Shown one piece after another: positions 1 through 10,200 of a stretch of DNA of 60,435 bases. Location of the stretch: the IMG/VR virus record IMGVR_UViG_3300030103_005599; one strand, written 5' to 3'. Position 1 is the first letter of the stretch. The number at the start of each line of letters is the position of its first letter. The translations under genes were made by a program, and so were the position numbers. Origin of the DNA: an uncultured virus (IMG/VR IMGVR_UViG_3300030103_005599). Lineage: Duplodnaviria; Heunggongvirae; Uroviricota; Caudoviricetes. The notes beneath the pieces are model-generated. The model saw only the letters and a list, made by a program, of their open reading frames with translations, was not told the origin of the DNA and did not search any database.

Positions 1-1
1 T

Positions 2-475
2 GCGAAAGCAACGAAAACACTGAATGATCAGATTAGTTCAGGGTACTCTGTGTTAGGTGAAGTCGACCATCCAGATGATTTAAAAATTAATTTGGACCGA
101 GTGTCTCACATGATTACTGAAATGTGGATGGACGGTCCAAATGGATATGGCAAAATGAAAATTTTGCCGACACCAATGGGTCAACTTGTCAAAACTATGT
201 TGGAATCGGGTGTGAAACTAGGCGTATCGTCAAGAGGAAGTGGTAACATTTCCGAATACGGTAGCGGTGAAGTTTCAGATTTCGAGATCATCACAGTTGA
301 TGTTGTGGCCCAGCCTTCGGCACCGGGTGCTTATCCTACGCCAATTTACGAACACCTAATGAATACCAAGGGTGGTAACATGGCAAAAGGACTGGCCGCT
401 GAAGTTAGAAATGACCCTAAAGCACAAAGGTATCTAAAAGATGCCCTAACAAACATAATAAAGGACCTAAAATAA
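2..475 (+). CDS. Prohead core protease (T4 gp21-like), 5'-truncated by the window edge
   Basis: Frame is open from base 2 (AKATKTLNDQISSGYSVLGEVDHP). Has GExDHP, LGVSSRGSG and DVVAQPSAPGAY motifs of gp21. Lies directly upstream of scaffold and capsid genes. Confidence 0.92.
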   Translation, partial: AKATKTLNDQISSGYSVLGEVDHPDDLKINLDRVSHMITEMWMDGPNGYGKMKILPTPMGQLVKTMLESGVKLGVSSRGSGNISEYGSGEVSDFEIITVDVVAQPSAPGAYPTPIYEHLMNTKGGNMAKGLAAEVRNDPKAQRYLKDALTNIIKDLK

Positions 476-1539
476 TGATTGATGCAATATCAAAACTTGT
501 TGAATCAGGAGCAATTTCAGAAGATGTGCAAAAAAGCATCCAAGAGGCTTGGGATTCAAAAATCAAGGAAAACAGAGAAACTGTTGGTGCTGAATTAAGA
601 GAAGAGTTCGCAAAAAGATACGAACACGACAAGTCTAACATGATCGAAGCGATCGACAAGATGATGACTGAGAAGTTATCTGAAGAGATCACGAAGTTCG
701 TTGAAGACAGAAAAGCACTAGCACAGGAAAAAATATCCTACAAAGAAAACGTAGGCAAACATTCTGCTAAATTAGAATCATTTATTCTTTCTAAATTATC
801 AGAAGAACTAAAAGAGTTACACAGTGACCGAAAAGGTGTTCATGAAAACTTTAAGAAAATGGAAGAGTTCGTAGTAAACGCTCTTGCAAAAGAAATTAAA
901 GAGTTCCATGAAGACAAAAAAGGCGTTGTGGAAACGAAAGTCAAACTAGTAGCCGAAGCCAAAAAACAAATGGCTAAGATGAAAGAGGCTTTCATAACAA
1001 GATCTGCTAAAGTTGTAGAATCTGCTGTAAACAAAAAACTTGCTGAAGAGTTAAAATCTCTGAAGGAAGACATCACAGCGGCAAGAGAAGTCAACTTTGG
1101 TAAGAAAATATTCGAGGCGTTCGCTTCTGAGTACCAGAATTCTTACTTAAATGAGAAATCTGAGACTGCGAAGTTAATGAAAGTTGTGGATGAAACCACT
1201 CTTAAATTAAAAGACGCCGAGAAAGCCGTCGAAGATAAACAAGCGGTGATTGAGTCCAAAGAGGCGGAAGCCAAAAGACAAGCGGACTTGATGGAACGCA
1301 AGGAAAAGATGGCTGAGATGCTCAAACCATTGGGCAAAGAAAAGAGTGAAGTAATGGGTCAACTGTTAGAATCAGTTCAAACAGCGAAACTTCAGGCTTC
1401 ATTCGACAAGTATCTACCACACGTGATGGCTGACAAACCAGTTGCAGAACAGAAACAAGTTATTTCTGAAGCGGCAGGTGACAGAGCACAAAGGGAAGAT
1501 GCTGACTTAACAAATATCCGTAAATTAGCGGGTATATAA
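475..1539 (+). CDS. Prohead scaffold/core protein (gp22-like)
   Basis: Long Glu/Lys-rich coiled coil between protease and capsid. TAATG overlap with the protease stop. KIFEAF motif. Confidence 0.8.
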   Translation: MIDAISKLVESGAISEDVQKSIQEAWDSKIKENRETVGAELREEFAKRYEHDKSNMIEAIDKMMTEKLSEEITKFVEDRKALAQEKISYKENVGKHSAKLESFILSKLSEELKELHSDRKGVHENFKKMEEFVVNALAKEIKEFHEDKKGVVETKVKLVAEAKKQMAKMKEAFITRSAKVVESAVNKKLAEELKSLKEDITAAREVNFGKKIFEAFASEYQNSYLNEKSETAKLMKVVDETTLKLKDAEKAVEDKQAVIESKEAEAKRQADLMERKEKMAEMLKPLGKEKSEVMGQLLESVQTAKLQASFDKYLPHVMADKPVAEQKQVISEAAGDRAQREDADLTNIRKLAGI

Positions 1540-1563
1540 CAATAACTAAGGGGAAAGATACAA

Positions 1564-2736
1564 ATGTCAGATATATTTGAATCAAAATGGGGCGAAACTA
1601 AACAGGCCCTAACCGAAGGTTTAACAGGCAACAAAAAGAAGACTATGGACGTTGTGTTAGAAAACACAAAAAGATACTTGTCTGAGGCTTCAACTGCTGG
1701 TGCAACTAGTGCCGGTAACGTTGCAACGTTAAACAGGGTTATCCTACCAGTAATCAGAAGGGTTATGCCAACTGTGATCGCTAACGAGATCGTAGGTGTA
1801 CAACCAATGACTGGTCCTGTAGGACAAATCCACACACTAAGAATAAGATATGCGGACACTGTAACATCAAACACAGTTGCAGGTGAAGAAGCATTATCTC
1901 CATTCAAAATTGCGAAAGCATATTCTGGTAACCAGAACAACAGTACACCTAAAGGTGCTTCAACAGCCTCTTTAGAAGGTACACCTGGTAAGAGATTATC
2001 TATCCAAATCTTGAAACAACCAGTTGAAGCCAAATCAAGAAAACTATCAGCAAGATGGACTTTTGAAGCGGCTCAAGATGCTCAAGCACAGCAAGGTATC
2101 GATGTAGAAGCAGAAATCATGGCGGCATTAGCTCAAGAGATTACTGCAGAAATCGACCAAGAGATCATTGGATCATTAAGAACATTGGCAGGAAGTGCTA
2201 GTGAAACTTTTGACCAAGCGGCTGTGTCAGGTACTGCAACATTCGTTGGTGATGAACACGCGGCTTTGGCTGTGTTAATCAACAGAGTTGCTAACCAAAT
2301 CGCAACAAGAACAAGAAGAGGCGCTGGAAACTACGCGGTAGTATCTCCAACTGCTTTAACTATTCTTCAATCAGCAACAACTTCAGCATTTGCAAGATCA
2401 ACTGAAGGTACATTCGAAGCACCTACTAACACAAAATTTGTTGGTACATTAAATGGTGCAATGAGAGTATACACTGACGCTTACGCTTCAGATGGTACTT
2501 CAGTACTTGTAGGTTACAAAGGTGCAAGTGAGGCAGACGCTCCAGCGTTCTATTGTCCTTACATTCCTTTAATGTCTTCAGGTGTTGTGTTAGATCCATC
2601 TACTTTCGAACCGGTAGTAGGCTTCTTAACTAGATATGGTTATGTAGAGTTAACAAACACTGCATCATCTCTAGGTAACGCGGCTGACTACGTTGGATTA
2701 GTAGCGGTAACATCTGGAAACTTAAAATTCAAGTAA
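1564..2736 (+). CDS. Major capsid protein (gp23-like)
   Basis: VQPMTGPVGQI, SRKLSARWTFEAAQD, EITAEIDQEII, FYCPYIPL and FLTRYG motifs of T4-like capsid proteins. Confidence 0.96.
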   Translation: MSDIFESKWGETKQALTEGLTGNKKKTMDVVLENTKRYLSEASTAGATSAGNVATLNRVILPVIRRVMPTVIANEIVGVQPMTGPVGQIHTLRIRYADTVTSNTVAGEEALSPFKIAKAYSGNQNNSTPKGASTASLEGTPGKRLSIQILKQPVEAKSRKLSARWTFEAAQDAQAQQGIDVEAEIMAALAQEITAEIDQEIIGSLRTLAGSASETFDQAAVSGTATFVGDEHAALAVLINRVANQIATRTRRGAGNYAVVSPTALTILQSATTSAFARSTEGTFEAPTNTKFVGTLNGAMRVYTDAYASDGTSVLVGYKGASEADAPAFYCPYIPLMSSGVVLDPSTFEPVVGFLTRYGYVELTNTASSLGNAADYVGLVAVTSGNLKFK

Positions 2737-2761
2737 GCCAAGGCTTATTTTATTTTCAAAG

Positions 2762-2788
2762 AAAGGCGGCTTTATGTCGCCTTTTTTT
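2762..2788 (+). terminator. Rho-independent terminator after the capsid gene
   Basis: AAAGGCGGC-TTTAT-GTCGCCTTT stem followed by a T run. Confidence 0.85.
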
Positions 2789-2937
2789 GTGACTGTACTT
2801 TAAAAAGTACACACATATAAAATTTTTTTCACCTTCATACTATTCGCAGACCAAATGTTGTAGTTTTACTTTTGTGTAGGACTTCTAAATAATTCTAAGT
2901 TTCATTAGAAACTTTTCAACATCAAGGGAGGTCCAAC

Positions 2938-3171
2938 ATGGATATCATGATGAAAATAAAAGGATGGGCAAAAGGAATTGCTGATGTCGGTGTGAGTTTA
3001 ATCGCATTAGGAATTGTTTTAGAAATCCTTTTCAATGGTCAAGGTATTCCGTTCTGGCCACAAGTTTCCGTAATTGGAAATGTACAGAGCGTACTGCAAG
3101 GGTTTTCAGATCAAGGTTTGATCGGACTAGTAGCAGTTTGGATTTTATATCATATCTACAACAGAAAATAA
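2938..3171 (+). CDS. Small membrane protein with two hydrophobic segments
   Basis: Segments VGVSLIALGIVLEILF and GLIGLVAVWILYHIY. GGAGG SD, upstream TAAATA (2886-2891) and its own terminator. Confidence 0.75.
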   Translation: MDIMMKIKGWAKGIADVGVSLIALGIVLEILFNGQGIPFWPQVSVIGNVQSVLQGFSDQGLIGLVAVWILYHIYNRK

Positions 3172-3199
3172 TATAAAAATCTAGAAATACGATAACCTC

Positions 3200-3246
3200 A
3201 AGGGTGGTGTGATTAATTTATGGATTGTATTGCACCACCCTTTTTT
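3200..3246 (+). terminator. Long-stem terminator
   Basis: AGGGTGGTGTGAT ... ATTGCACCACCCT followed by a T run. Confidence 0.75.
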
Positions 3247-3286
3247 CTTTGTACTTTATTGTTTTAAAATTTTGGTAAATACTATC

Positions 3287-3376
3287 AGTTCAAACGTGCT
3301 TTGACACAAAGTCAAAGACTTATGCGGAAACAAACCGCGTACCCAGGAGAACTGGGATTGGACTCCTAAATAGGAG
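3287..3376 (+). ncRNA. Candidate structured cis-regulatory RNA leader (four-way junction plus SD-sequestering hairpin)
   Basis: Closing stem AGTTCAA/TTGGACT encloses three hairpins: CTTTGAC/GTCAAAG, TATGCGG/CCGCGTA and CCCAG/CTGGG. It is followed by CTCCT/AGGAG over the SD. It begins just after TAAATA at 3276-3281. Confidence 0.55.
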
Positions 3377-3383
3377 AAAACAA

Positions 3384-3815
3384 ATGGGAAGACCTATCAA
3401 GAAAAGTAACTTCACATCTGAAGGATCACCGGACGGAATTGCAGGAAGAATTGAAGTATCTGCATATTTTCCAACTGGCGGTTCTCTTCAGCAAAATGAT
3501 AACTCGTTTATCATCTCGCAAAGAGGATCTAAACAGTTCAAGATCCAACAAATGAACGACTCATCAGTTGCTACATACACGTTGGTTGCTAAAGCACCAG
3601 CAGAATTATCAGCAGGTGAGATGTGTGTGAAAGTTACAATCAGGAATACTGATTCAGGTGTACCACAGGATGCATGGGTAGAAAAGTTCTACAACAGAAC
3701 TTTACACTTTGCAGACGCTCAAGGTACAGAAACTGGTTCAGTTACATACTCACTTGGCGCAGAGGCAGGCGAAGATTCAACTGTTGCTGGTCAAGGTTCA
3801 GTAGACGTTATCTAA
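3384..3815 (+). CDS. Hypothetical protein, probably virion-associated
   Basis: AGGAG SD, late-type promoter and own terminator; located in the structural region. Confidence 0.7.
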   Translation: MGRPIKKSNFTSEGSPDGIAGRIEVSAYFPTGGSLQQNDNSFIISQRGSKQFKIQQMNDSSVATYTLVAKAPAELSAGEMCVKVTIRNTDSGVPQDAWVEKFYNRTLHFADAQGTETGSVTYSLGAEAGEDSTVAGQGSVDVI

Positions 3816-3831
3816 TAACGCACACGTGCTT

Positions 3832-3860
3832 AAAGGGGGAGTTTTTACACTTCCCCTTTT
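3832..3860 (+). terminator. Rho-independent terminator
   Basis: AAAGGGGGAGT ... ACTTCCCCTTTT stem. Confidence 0.7.
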
Positions 3861-3863
3861 CTT

Positions 3864-3871
3864 TATAAATA
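3864..3871 (+). promoter_or_regulatory. T4-type late promoter TATAAATA
   Basis: Exact T4 late consensus 7 nt before ATG 3879; no SD. Confidence 0.75.
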
Positions 3872-3878
3872 CTAGCAA

Positions 3879-5138
3879 ATGGCAAAAACAGTACGAACAT
3901 CAGGTGATTACACAATAAAAGCAGGTGATGGTTACAACGCAGGATCCGGTACAAATACGATAAATCTTGACAGTTTAAACGTCAGCATCACTGGTAATTT
4001 AACAGTTGGTGGTACTTCGTCAACAATCAGTACAACAAACACAGTTATCGAAGATAACATCATCGAATTACAAACAGGAATTTCAGCAAGTTCCAATGAT
4101 GCAGGAATCATCATCGAAAGAGGATCAACAGGTGACAACGCCGCAATAGTCTGGGACGAATCTGCTGACACATTCAAATTAGGAACAACAACTGCCACAG
4201 GTGCAGACAAATCAGGTGGCATCACTGTCACAGCAGGTGCATTGGAAGTTGGTGCCTTGACAGCAACGACAGGAACGTTCAGTGGTGCACTTACAAGTGT
4301 AGGTTTCACTGTTGAAGGAAACCTAACAGCAGGACAAGTTACTACAAACGAGATTACAGCCAATGGTTCGAACGCGGCCTTAACAGTTGCATCTTCAGGT
4401 ACAGGAGATGTAACAATAGATTCGGGTGGTGACCTAATAGTAGACGTTGACAATGCTGATCTAATATTAAAAGATGACGGCACAGAATTTGGTAGACTCA
4501 GCAGAGTGACGGCAGACTTTGTTATCAAGTCATCGGCACAAGACCAAGATCTTATTTTCAAAGGCAATGACGGCGGTAACACTGTAACTGCATTGACATT
4601 CGACATGAGCGAGGGCGGCGAAGCAATTTTTGGTGCAGGCATCACTGCAAACAGTTTAACAACAAATACTATAACATCAAATGGATCAAATGCAGAATTA
4701 TCTTTACAAGCAAGTGGTACAGGTGATGTTGTTATTAGTGCATTAAGAGTAAATGGTACAACATTAGATTCAGCAGATTCCACAAAAATTACAGTGGCAG
4801 AAGATGTAGATGTCACAGGTACTTTATTCTCTCGAGGAAATGTTTATGGTGTGCAAACGCTGACTGGCTCAGGTAGCACAGAGGTCATAAATTTGACAGA
4901 CACTGTCACACTACTAGTTACAACAGGATCCAACCAGCAATTTTCGTTGGCAGATGGTGTGGAAGGACAACTTAAAATAATTTCAATGAAGACAGACGCT
5001 GGCGATGGAATAGTCACTCCTGCAAACTTTGTGAACGGAACCAACATAACATTCAATGATGTAGAGGACACCGTAACAATGCTTTATCAATCAACTGGTT
5101 GGGTATTATTGGCACGTCAAAATGCTGTTGTAGGATAA
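3879..5138 (+). CDS. Tail fibre-like virion structural protein
   Basis: Gly/Ser/Thr-rich beta-repeat composition. Shares the IEDNIIEL...DAGIIIERG...WDESAD module with the 7258 gene. Confidence 0.7.
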   Translation: MAKTVRTSGDYTIKAGDGYNAGSGTNTINLDSLNVSITGNLTVGGTSSTISTTNTVIEDNIIELQTGISASSNDAGIIIERGSTGDNAAIVWDESADTFKLGTTTATGADKSGGITVTAGALEVGALTATTGTFSGALTSVGFTVEGNLTAGQVTTNEITANGSNAALTVASSGTGDVTIDSGGDLIVDVDNADLILKDDGTEFGRLSRVTADFVIKSSAQDQDLIFKGNDGGNTVTALTFDMSEGGEAIFGAGITANSLTTNTITSNGSNAELSLQASGTGDVVISALRVNGTTLDSADSTKITVAEDVDVTGTLFSRGNVYGVQTLTGSGSTEVINLTDTVTLLVTTGSNQQFSLADGVEGQLKIISMKTDAGDGIVTPANFVNGTNITFNDVEDTVTMLYQSTGWVLLARQNAVVG

Positions 5139-5141
5139 TAG

Positions 5142-5588
5142 ATGAGATATAAAGAGATCGACATCAACATAAAAGCAATTCCAGACAAAGAGGACGAAGC
5201 ATTATTAAATCAACTTATGGGTGCTAAAGGCGTATCAGTCACTGACGCTGACAGCAAACCTGAACAACCTGCCGCTGACAACAGCGACAACCCAGGTAAG
5301 GTACCATCAGATGACCCAACTACTGTTGCGTCGGTATATCCCTTACAACAAGAATTAGAACTTAAGAAAGCAGAAGCAGGCAAGGACCTTGCACAGTTTG
5401 ATCACATACAACAAGATGCAGATGAATCTGAAACAGATCAAGAAGCGAGAAAAGATCCGCCTTTAGTACAACAGCCAGAACTTACAGGTGGAGACCAACC
5501 GGGTGTGCCTGCCGACATGAAGAAAAAAGAACCAAAGACCGAAAGCGAATTCATACAAAGATTAAAGACATTATCTGGCCAAAATTAA
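5142..5588 (+). CDS. Hypothetical acidic protein
   Basis: 148-aa ORF packed in the operon; ends in QRLKTLSG, resembling the scaffold C-terminus. Confidence 0.65.
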   Translation: MRYKEIDINIKAIPDKEDEALLNQLMGAKGVSVTDADSKPEQPAADNSDNPGKVPSDDPTTVASVYPLQQELELKKAEAGKDLAQFDHIQQDADESETDQEARKDPPLVQQPELTGGDQPGVPADMKKKEPKTESEFIQRLKTLSGQN

Positions 5589-5597
5589 GGAGCGTAC

Positions 5598-6047
5598 ATG
5601 GCATTTAGAAAACTAGTAGGATCTTACAAAGATTACAATCTATCAACCCACGTACTAGAAGACGGTTATCTTGCCGTTGATGTGGACAGCGGAAGTTTAA
5701 GATTAGGTGACGGATCTACTGCAGGCGGAATAGCAATATCTACAGGCAGTGGCGGAGGAGGCGGCGGTGCCGCAACAAGTCTTGGTGACTTATCTGCTAC
5801 AGGTTCTACACTTTCAGCGCCTACCAATGCTGACTTAACTTTAGCAGTAGCAGGGACAGGTAGTATAGTATTGACAGGAATAACTTTTCCAAATACAGAC
5901 GGCTCGAACACACAGGTACTTGCAACAAACGGATCTGGAGTGTTAAGTTTTGTTGATCCCGTTAGCACAAATAATATCGACGGTGGCACTGCAGATTCTG
6001 TATTTGATTCATCATTAACAACAATCGACGGAGGCACTGCCGCATAA
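5598..6047 (+). CDS. Short fibre-like structural protein
   Basis: AAGGAG SD; LRLGDGSTAGG N-terminal motif, Gly linker and shared APTNADLTL/FPxxDG..QVL modules. Confidence 0.65.
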   Translation: MAFRKLVGSYKDYNLSTHVLEDGYLAVDVDSGSLRLGDGSTAGGIAISTGSGGGGGGAATSLGDLSATGSTLSAPTNADLTLAVAGTGSIVLTGITFPNTDGSNTQVLATNGSGVLSFVDPVSTNNIDGGTADSVFDSSLTTIDGGTAA

Positions 6048-7183
6048 TGCCAACTAAAATACAATTAAGACGAGACACGGCGGCGGACTGGGCAAGTAAC
6101 AATCCAACATTGTCCGCAGGAGAATTTGGTTGGGAGTCGGATACTAATAGATTCAAAATTGGTACAGGGTCAACAGCATGGAACAGTCTTGATTATTCTG
6201 ACACCCTTAAAACTTTAGGTGACCTAGGAGTTACCGGTTCAACTATATCGGCTCCGTCTAATGGAGATTTAACTCTTACAACATCTGGTTCGGGTAAGGT
6301 CAACATATCTAATGCATACACTCTTCCGTCTTCAGACGGTAGTGCAAATCAAGTTCTGCAAACTAATGGATCTGGAGTTTTATCTTTCGGCACTGTCTCT
6401 GTAGGAGATTTTTCTTTTGTAGGATCAACCATGAGCTCGCCGTCAAACGCAGATATTACACTATCGCCAAGCGGTTCAGGCAAAGTAAACATAAGCGGAG
6501 CATATACCTTACCGTCCTCGGATGGAAGCGCCAACCAAGTTCTTCAGACAGATGGTGCAGGTAATCTTTCGTTTGGTACTGTTTCAATTGGTGATCTGTC
6601 AATAGTTGGATCAACAATTGGTTCACCTAGTAATGCTGATCTTACATTAACATCAAGCGGTGGTAACGTAGTAATTGAAGGAATCAGAGTAGCAGGTACA
6701 ACAATATCAACAGAAGACTCCAGTGCTGGAGTGCAGGTAGCAGGTAACTTAATACCAAGTGCAGATGGAGTTTTTCAGTTAGGTTCATCATCAAGAAGAT
6801 GGTCAACAGCATTTCTTTCTGCAGAGACATTAGACATTGGTGGTGCAACTATTTCATCGGATGGAACAGGTAGTATTGCTATTGCGGCCACAGGTGCAAC
6901 ACTTCCAACAGGAAGTAAAGTTGTCGACCAGGCAATAGTTCTTGGTGGTAAAACAGACAAAACTACCGCTAGACCGGTACAAATTGTAAAGGTATTTGTC
7001 AGTGACGGAAGTAGCAATTTTACCGATGCACAATTACTTGCCAAAACAGCAGATTTAGAACTAGAATTCAACGGCACTGTTGAGACTGTTCCAGTATACA
7101 CAGAAGCAAGTCAAACTTTTACACTCGCAGACGGCACATCATTATCAAATAATGCCGCTGGTATAACACTATTTCAATTTTAA
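6047..7183 (+). CDS. Tail fibre protein with Mtd/hyaluronidase-type N-terminal anchor
   Basis: IQLRRDTAADW..NPTLSAGEFGWESDTNRFKIG N-terminus; about 2.5 tandem copies of a 63-aa repeat. Confidence 0.75.
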   Translation: MPTKIQLRRDTAADWASNNPTLSAGEFGWESDTNRFKIGTGSTAWNSLDYSDTLKTLGDLGVTGSTISAPSNGDLTLTTSGSGKVNISNAYTLPSSDGSANQVLQTNGSGVLSFGTVSVGDFSFVGSTMSSPSNADITLSPSGSGKVNISGAYTLPSSDGSANQVLQTDGAGNLSFGTVSIGDLSIVGSTIGSPSNADLTLTSSGGNVVIEGIRVAGTTISTEDSSAGVQVAGNLIPSADGVFQLGSSSRRWSTAFLSAETLDIGGATISSDGTGSIAIAATGATLPTGSKVVDQAIVLGGKTDKTTARPVQIVKVFVSDGSSNFTDAQLLAKTADLELEFNGTVETVPVYTEASQTFTLADGTSLSNNAAGITLFQF

Positions 7184-7257
7184 TTAGTACACATAAATAC
7201 GTAAACAAAAGGGAATGCATCCGGTGAGGGCAATAAGGCCGGGCACAGAACTAGGAT

Positions 7258-10200
7258 ATGGCAGATAAAACACCGGTACGAGTAGTCTTTAATGAATCTA
7301 ATGTGGCCACGGGTATGGCAGAGTTCCAATCGGGCGACACGGTTGCAGTAGCAAACGGTGGTACAGGTCTTAGTTCAATAGGTTCAGCGGGACAGGTTTT
7401 AAAAGTAAATGCCGCAGGAAATGGATTAGAATTTGGTGCAGAAGGTGATATATCAATCACAAATTTAGTTGCACCAACAAACGCAGATTTAACATTTACA
7501 ACATCAGGCACTGGAAATATTGTATTAGATGCAGTAACATTAAATGGTACGACTTTCAGCGCCGCGGATTCAACACAAATTACATTCGCAGAAAATGTCG
7601 ACGTCACTGGCACTCTAGGAGTTGCAGGTGCATTAAGTTCTTCGACAAGTTTAGCATTGGCATCAGGGGCAACAGTCACAGGCATTGCAGACGAAGACAA
7701 CATGTCAAGCAACAGTAATACGCTTTTGGCAACACAACAGTCAATCAAAGCCTACGTTGACAGTGAGGTGGGAAGTATTTCCGCCACATCTATTGTACAA
7801 AACAATTCAAACATAACTGTTGCAGATACTGGAACTGGTACAATCACAGTAACAGTAGACGGATCCACTATTGGAACTTTTAACGCATCAGGTTTGCAAC
7901 TAGGCGGTTCGGGTGCAAGAGTTACGACTGTATTAGATGAAGATAATTTAAGCACTGACAGTGCAACTGCACTTGCTACACAACAATCTATCAAAGCATA
8001 TGTTGACGCACAAATTACAGCAGAAGACCTTGACTTCCAAGCGGACTCGGGTGGAGCATTATCAATTGACCTAGATTCAGAAACAATGACGTTTACTGGT
8101 GGAACAGGTATTGACACATCGGGATCAGGCAACGCAGTTACATTTGCAATAGATTCAACAGTGGCAACACTGACAGGTTCTCAAACACTTACAAATAAAG
8201 TTTTAACTACACCAACTATAAACGGTGCTACCATGACGGGTAACGTAACTGTTGACAACTTGACTCTAAATGATAACATAATTTCTTCAAGTTCAAATGC
8301 AGATCTAATACTTGATCCTTCAGGCACAGGAAATGTTAAATTAAACGCGGCAACAGACGTAACCGGTGCAGTAACAATTACGACAACAACAACAGATGCA
8401 TCACTTTTAATCACGACGACAGAGGCCTCAAACAGTGCCGCCCCTGTAATTGAACTGAAAAGAAACAGTTCAAGTCCTGCCGACGCAGACTACATTGGAA
8501 GATTAACTTTCAAAGGAGAGAATGACGCGGACCAGGCAGTAACGTATGCAAGAATATCAGGAAAAATTTTAGATGCATCAGATGGTTCTGAAGATGGTGC
8601 CATAGAATTCAACACAATAAAAGCAGGTTCAAGCACTATTTCTGCTAGACTTAACAGCGACGAACTTAAACTATTAAACGGCACATCACTAGATGTAGCA
8701 GGATCAGTCACAATAGCAGGAGACTTGAATGTGACGGGTAGCACAACAACTGTCAACACATCAAACACTACCATTGCTGACAACATCATAGAATTAAATT
8801 CAGGAATATCTCAGTCATTGAACGATGCGGGTATCATAATAGAAAGAGGATCAACAGGCGACAATGCGGCCATACTATGGGACGAGTCAGCAGACAAGTT
8901 CATTATGGGTACGACAACTGCAACGGCAAGTGATAAGTCAGGTGGTGTCTCGGTAACGACAGGTACATTGGTTGCCAACATAGAAGGTAATGCAACAGGT
9001 AACGCGGCGACTGCCACTGCCCTTGAAACTGCAAGGAACATAGCAGGACAGAGTTTCGACGGAACAGGCAACATAACGATTGCGTCAACTGACCTATCGA
9101 ATACAAGTGCTATCACACTCAACACAGCATCACAGACTTTAACAAACAAAACACTAACAAGTCCGACAATAAATTCACCTACTATTAACACACCAACAGT
9201 GCTTGGTGCAATGGTTTCGACTTCTGTCACAACTAACGACATAACAACAAATGGTTCCAACGCTGATTTAGATTTAGCACCGCAAGGCACAGGAAAAGTT
9301 AAATTTTATGGAACATATACTCTTCCAACATCGGATGGAGACAACGGACAAGCACTTGTAACAGACGGATCAGGGACACTATCTTTTGGTACAGTGGCTG
9401 ATGCATCTGCCAGTGATGACAGTGCCGCAGTTGTTATATCAGACAAACGTATTACATCAACTGCGAGAACAGTAGATTCATTCCACAGCAGTTTTCAAGA
9501 CAGTGTTTTGTACTATGTTGTATCAAATGATCACAACGAAGACTGTATAAACGTGCAAAAAGTTTCTGTGTGTCACAATGATTCAGGGTCATTCATAACT
9601 TCTGCAGGTGCACAATCAAAAGCGTCGGCCACAATGACGGCGTTCACAACGTCCTTAGACAATGACATGGTCAGGGTAAAGGCGGCAAGTTCAAATGCAG
9701 TTGGAGGCACATTATCTTTTTACAAATTTGGACTAGGTGATAACACATCAACAGGAACATCAGGAAATATTATTATATCACAGAATACAGATGTTGACTC
9801 GGCATCAGAATCACTGGTAAGTTTTGCTCATGCAACTTTTAGAGGTGCAAAATTGTTTATATCAATTAATAATGCTTCTAAAACAGAAGTAGGAAACGTG
9901 GAAGCCTTGGTTGTACATGACGGATCTGATGCTTATATTTTACAATATGGCGGCATACAATCAGGAAGTGATCCACTGCTTACGCTAACGGCGGCCATAG
10001 ACGGAAGTAACGTTGTTGTATCAGCGGCAGGACTAGAAACAAACCTGAGAGTGACTACACATGCAATCATGTTGAAGGACACAATGGTATCAAATGACGG
10101 CACTTATGCCAATGCTGAAGCCATTGCACCAGTAACTATTTCGTCAACAGCAACAGAAATAGACACACTAGTTGAAACAACTAGCAACGGTGCAGTATAC

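Noticed and set aside
3287..3364. tRNA gene, suggested by the cloverleaf-like topology
   Set aside because: No T-loop GTTCRA in the third arm, no D-loop GG and no CCA end; arm lengths do not fit. Kept as a non-tRNA structured leader.
6200..6660. Tandem repeats as a CRISPR array or DGR template/variable repeat
   Set aside because: The repeats are in-frame, diverge mainly at synonymous sites and have no spacers. No adenine-specific pattern was noticed, and no reverse transcriptase or cas gene is in the window.
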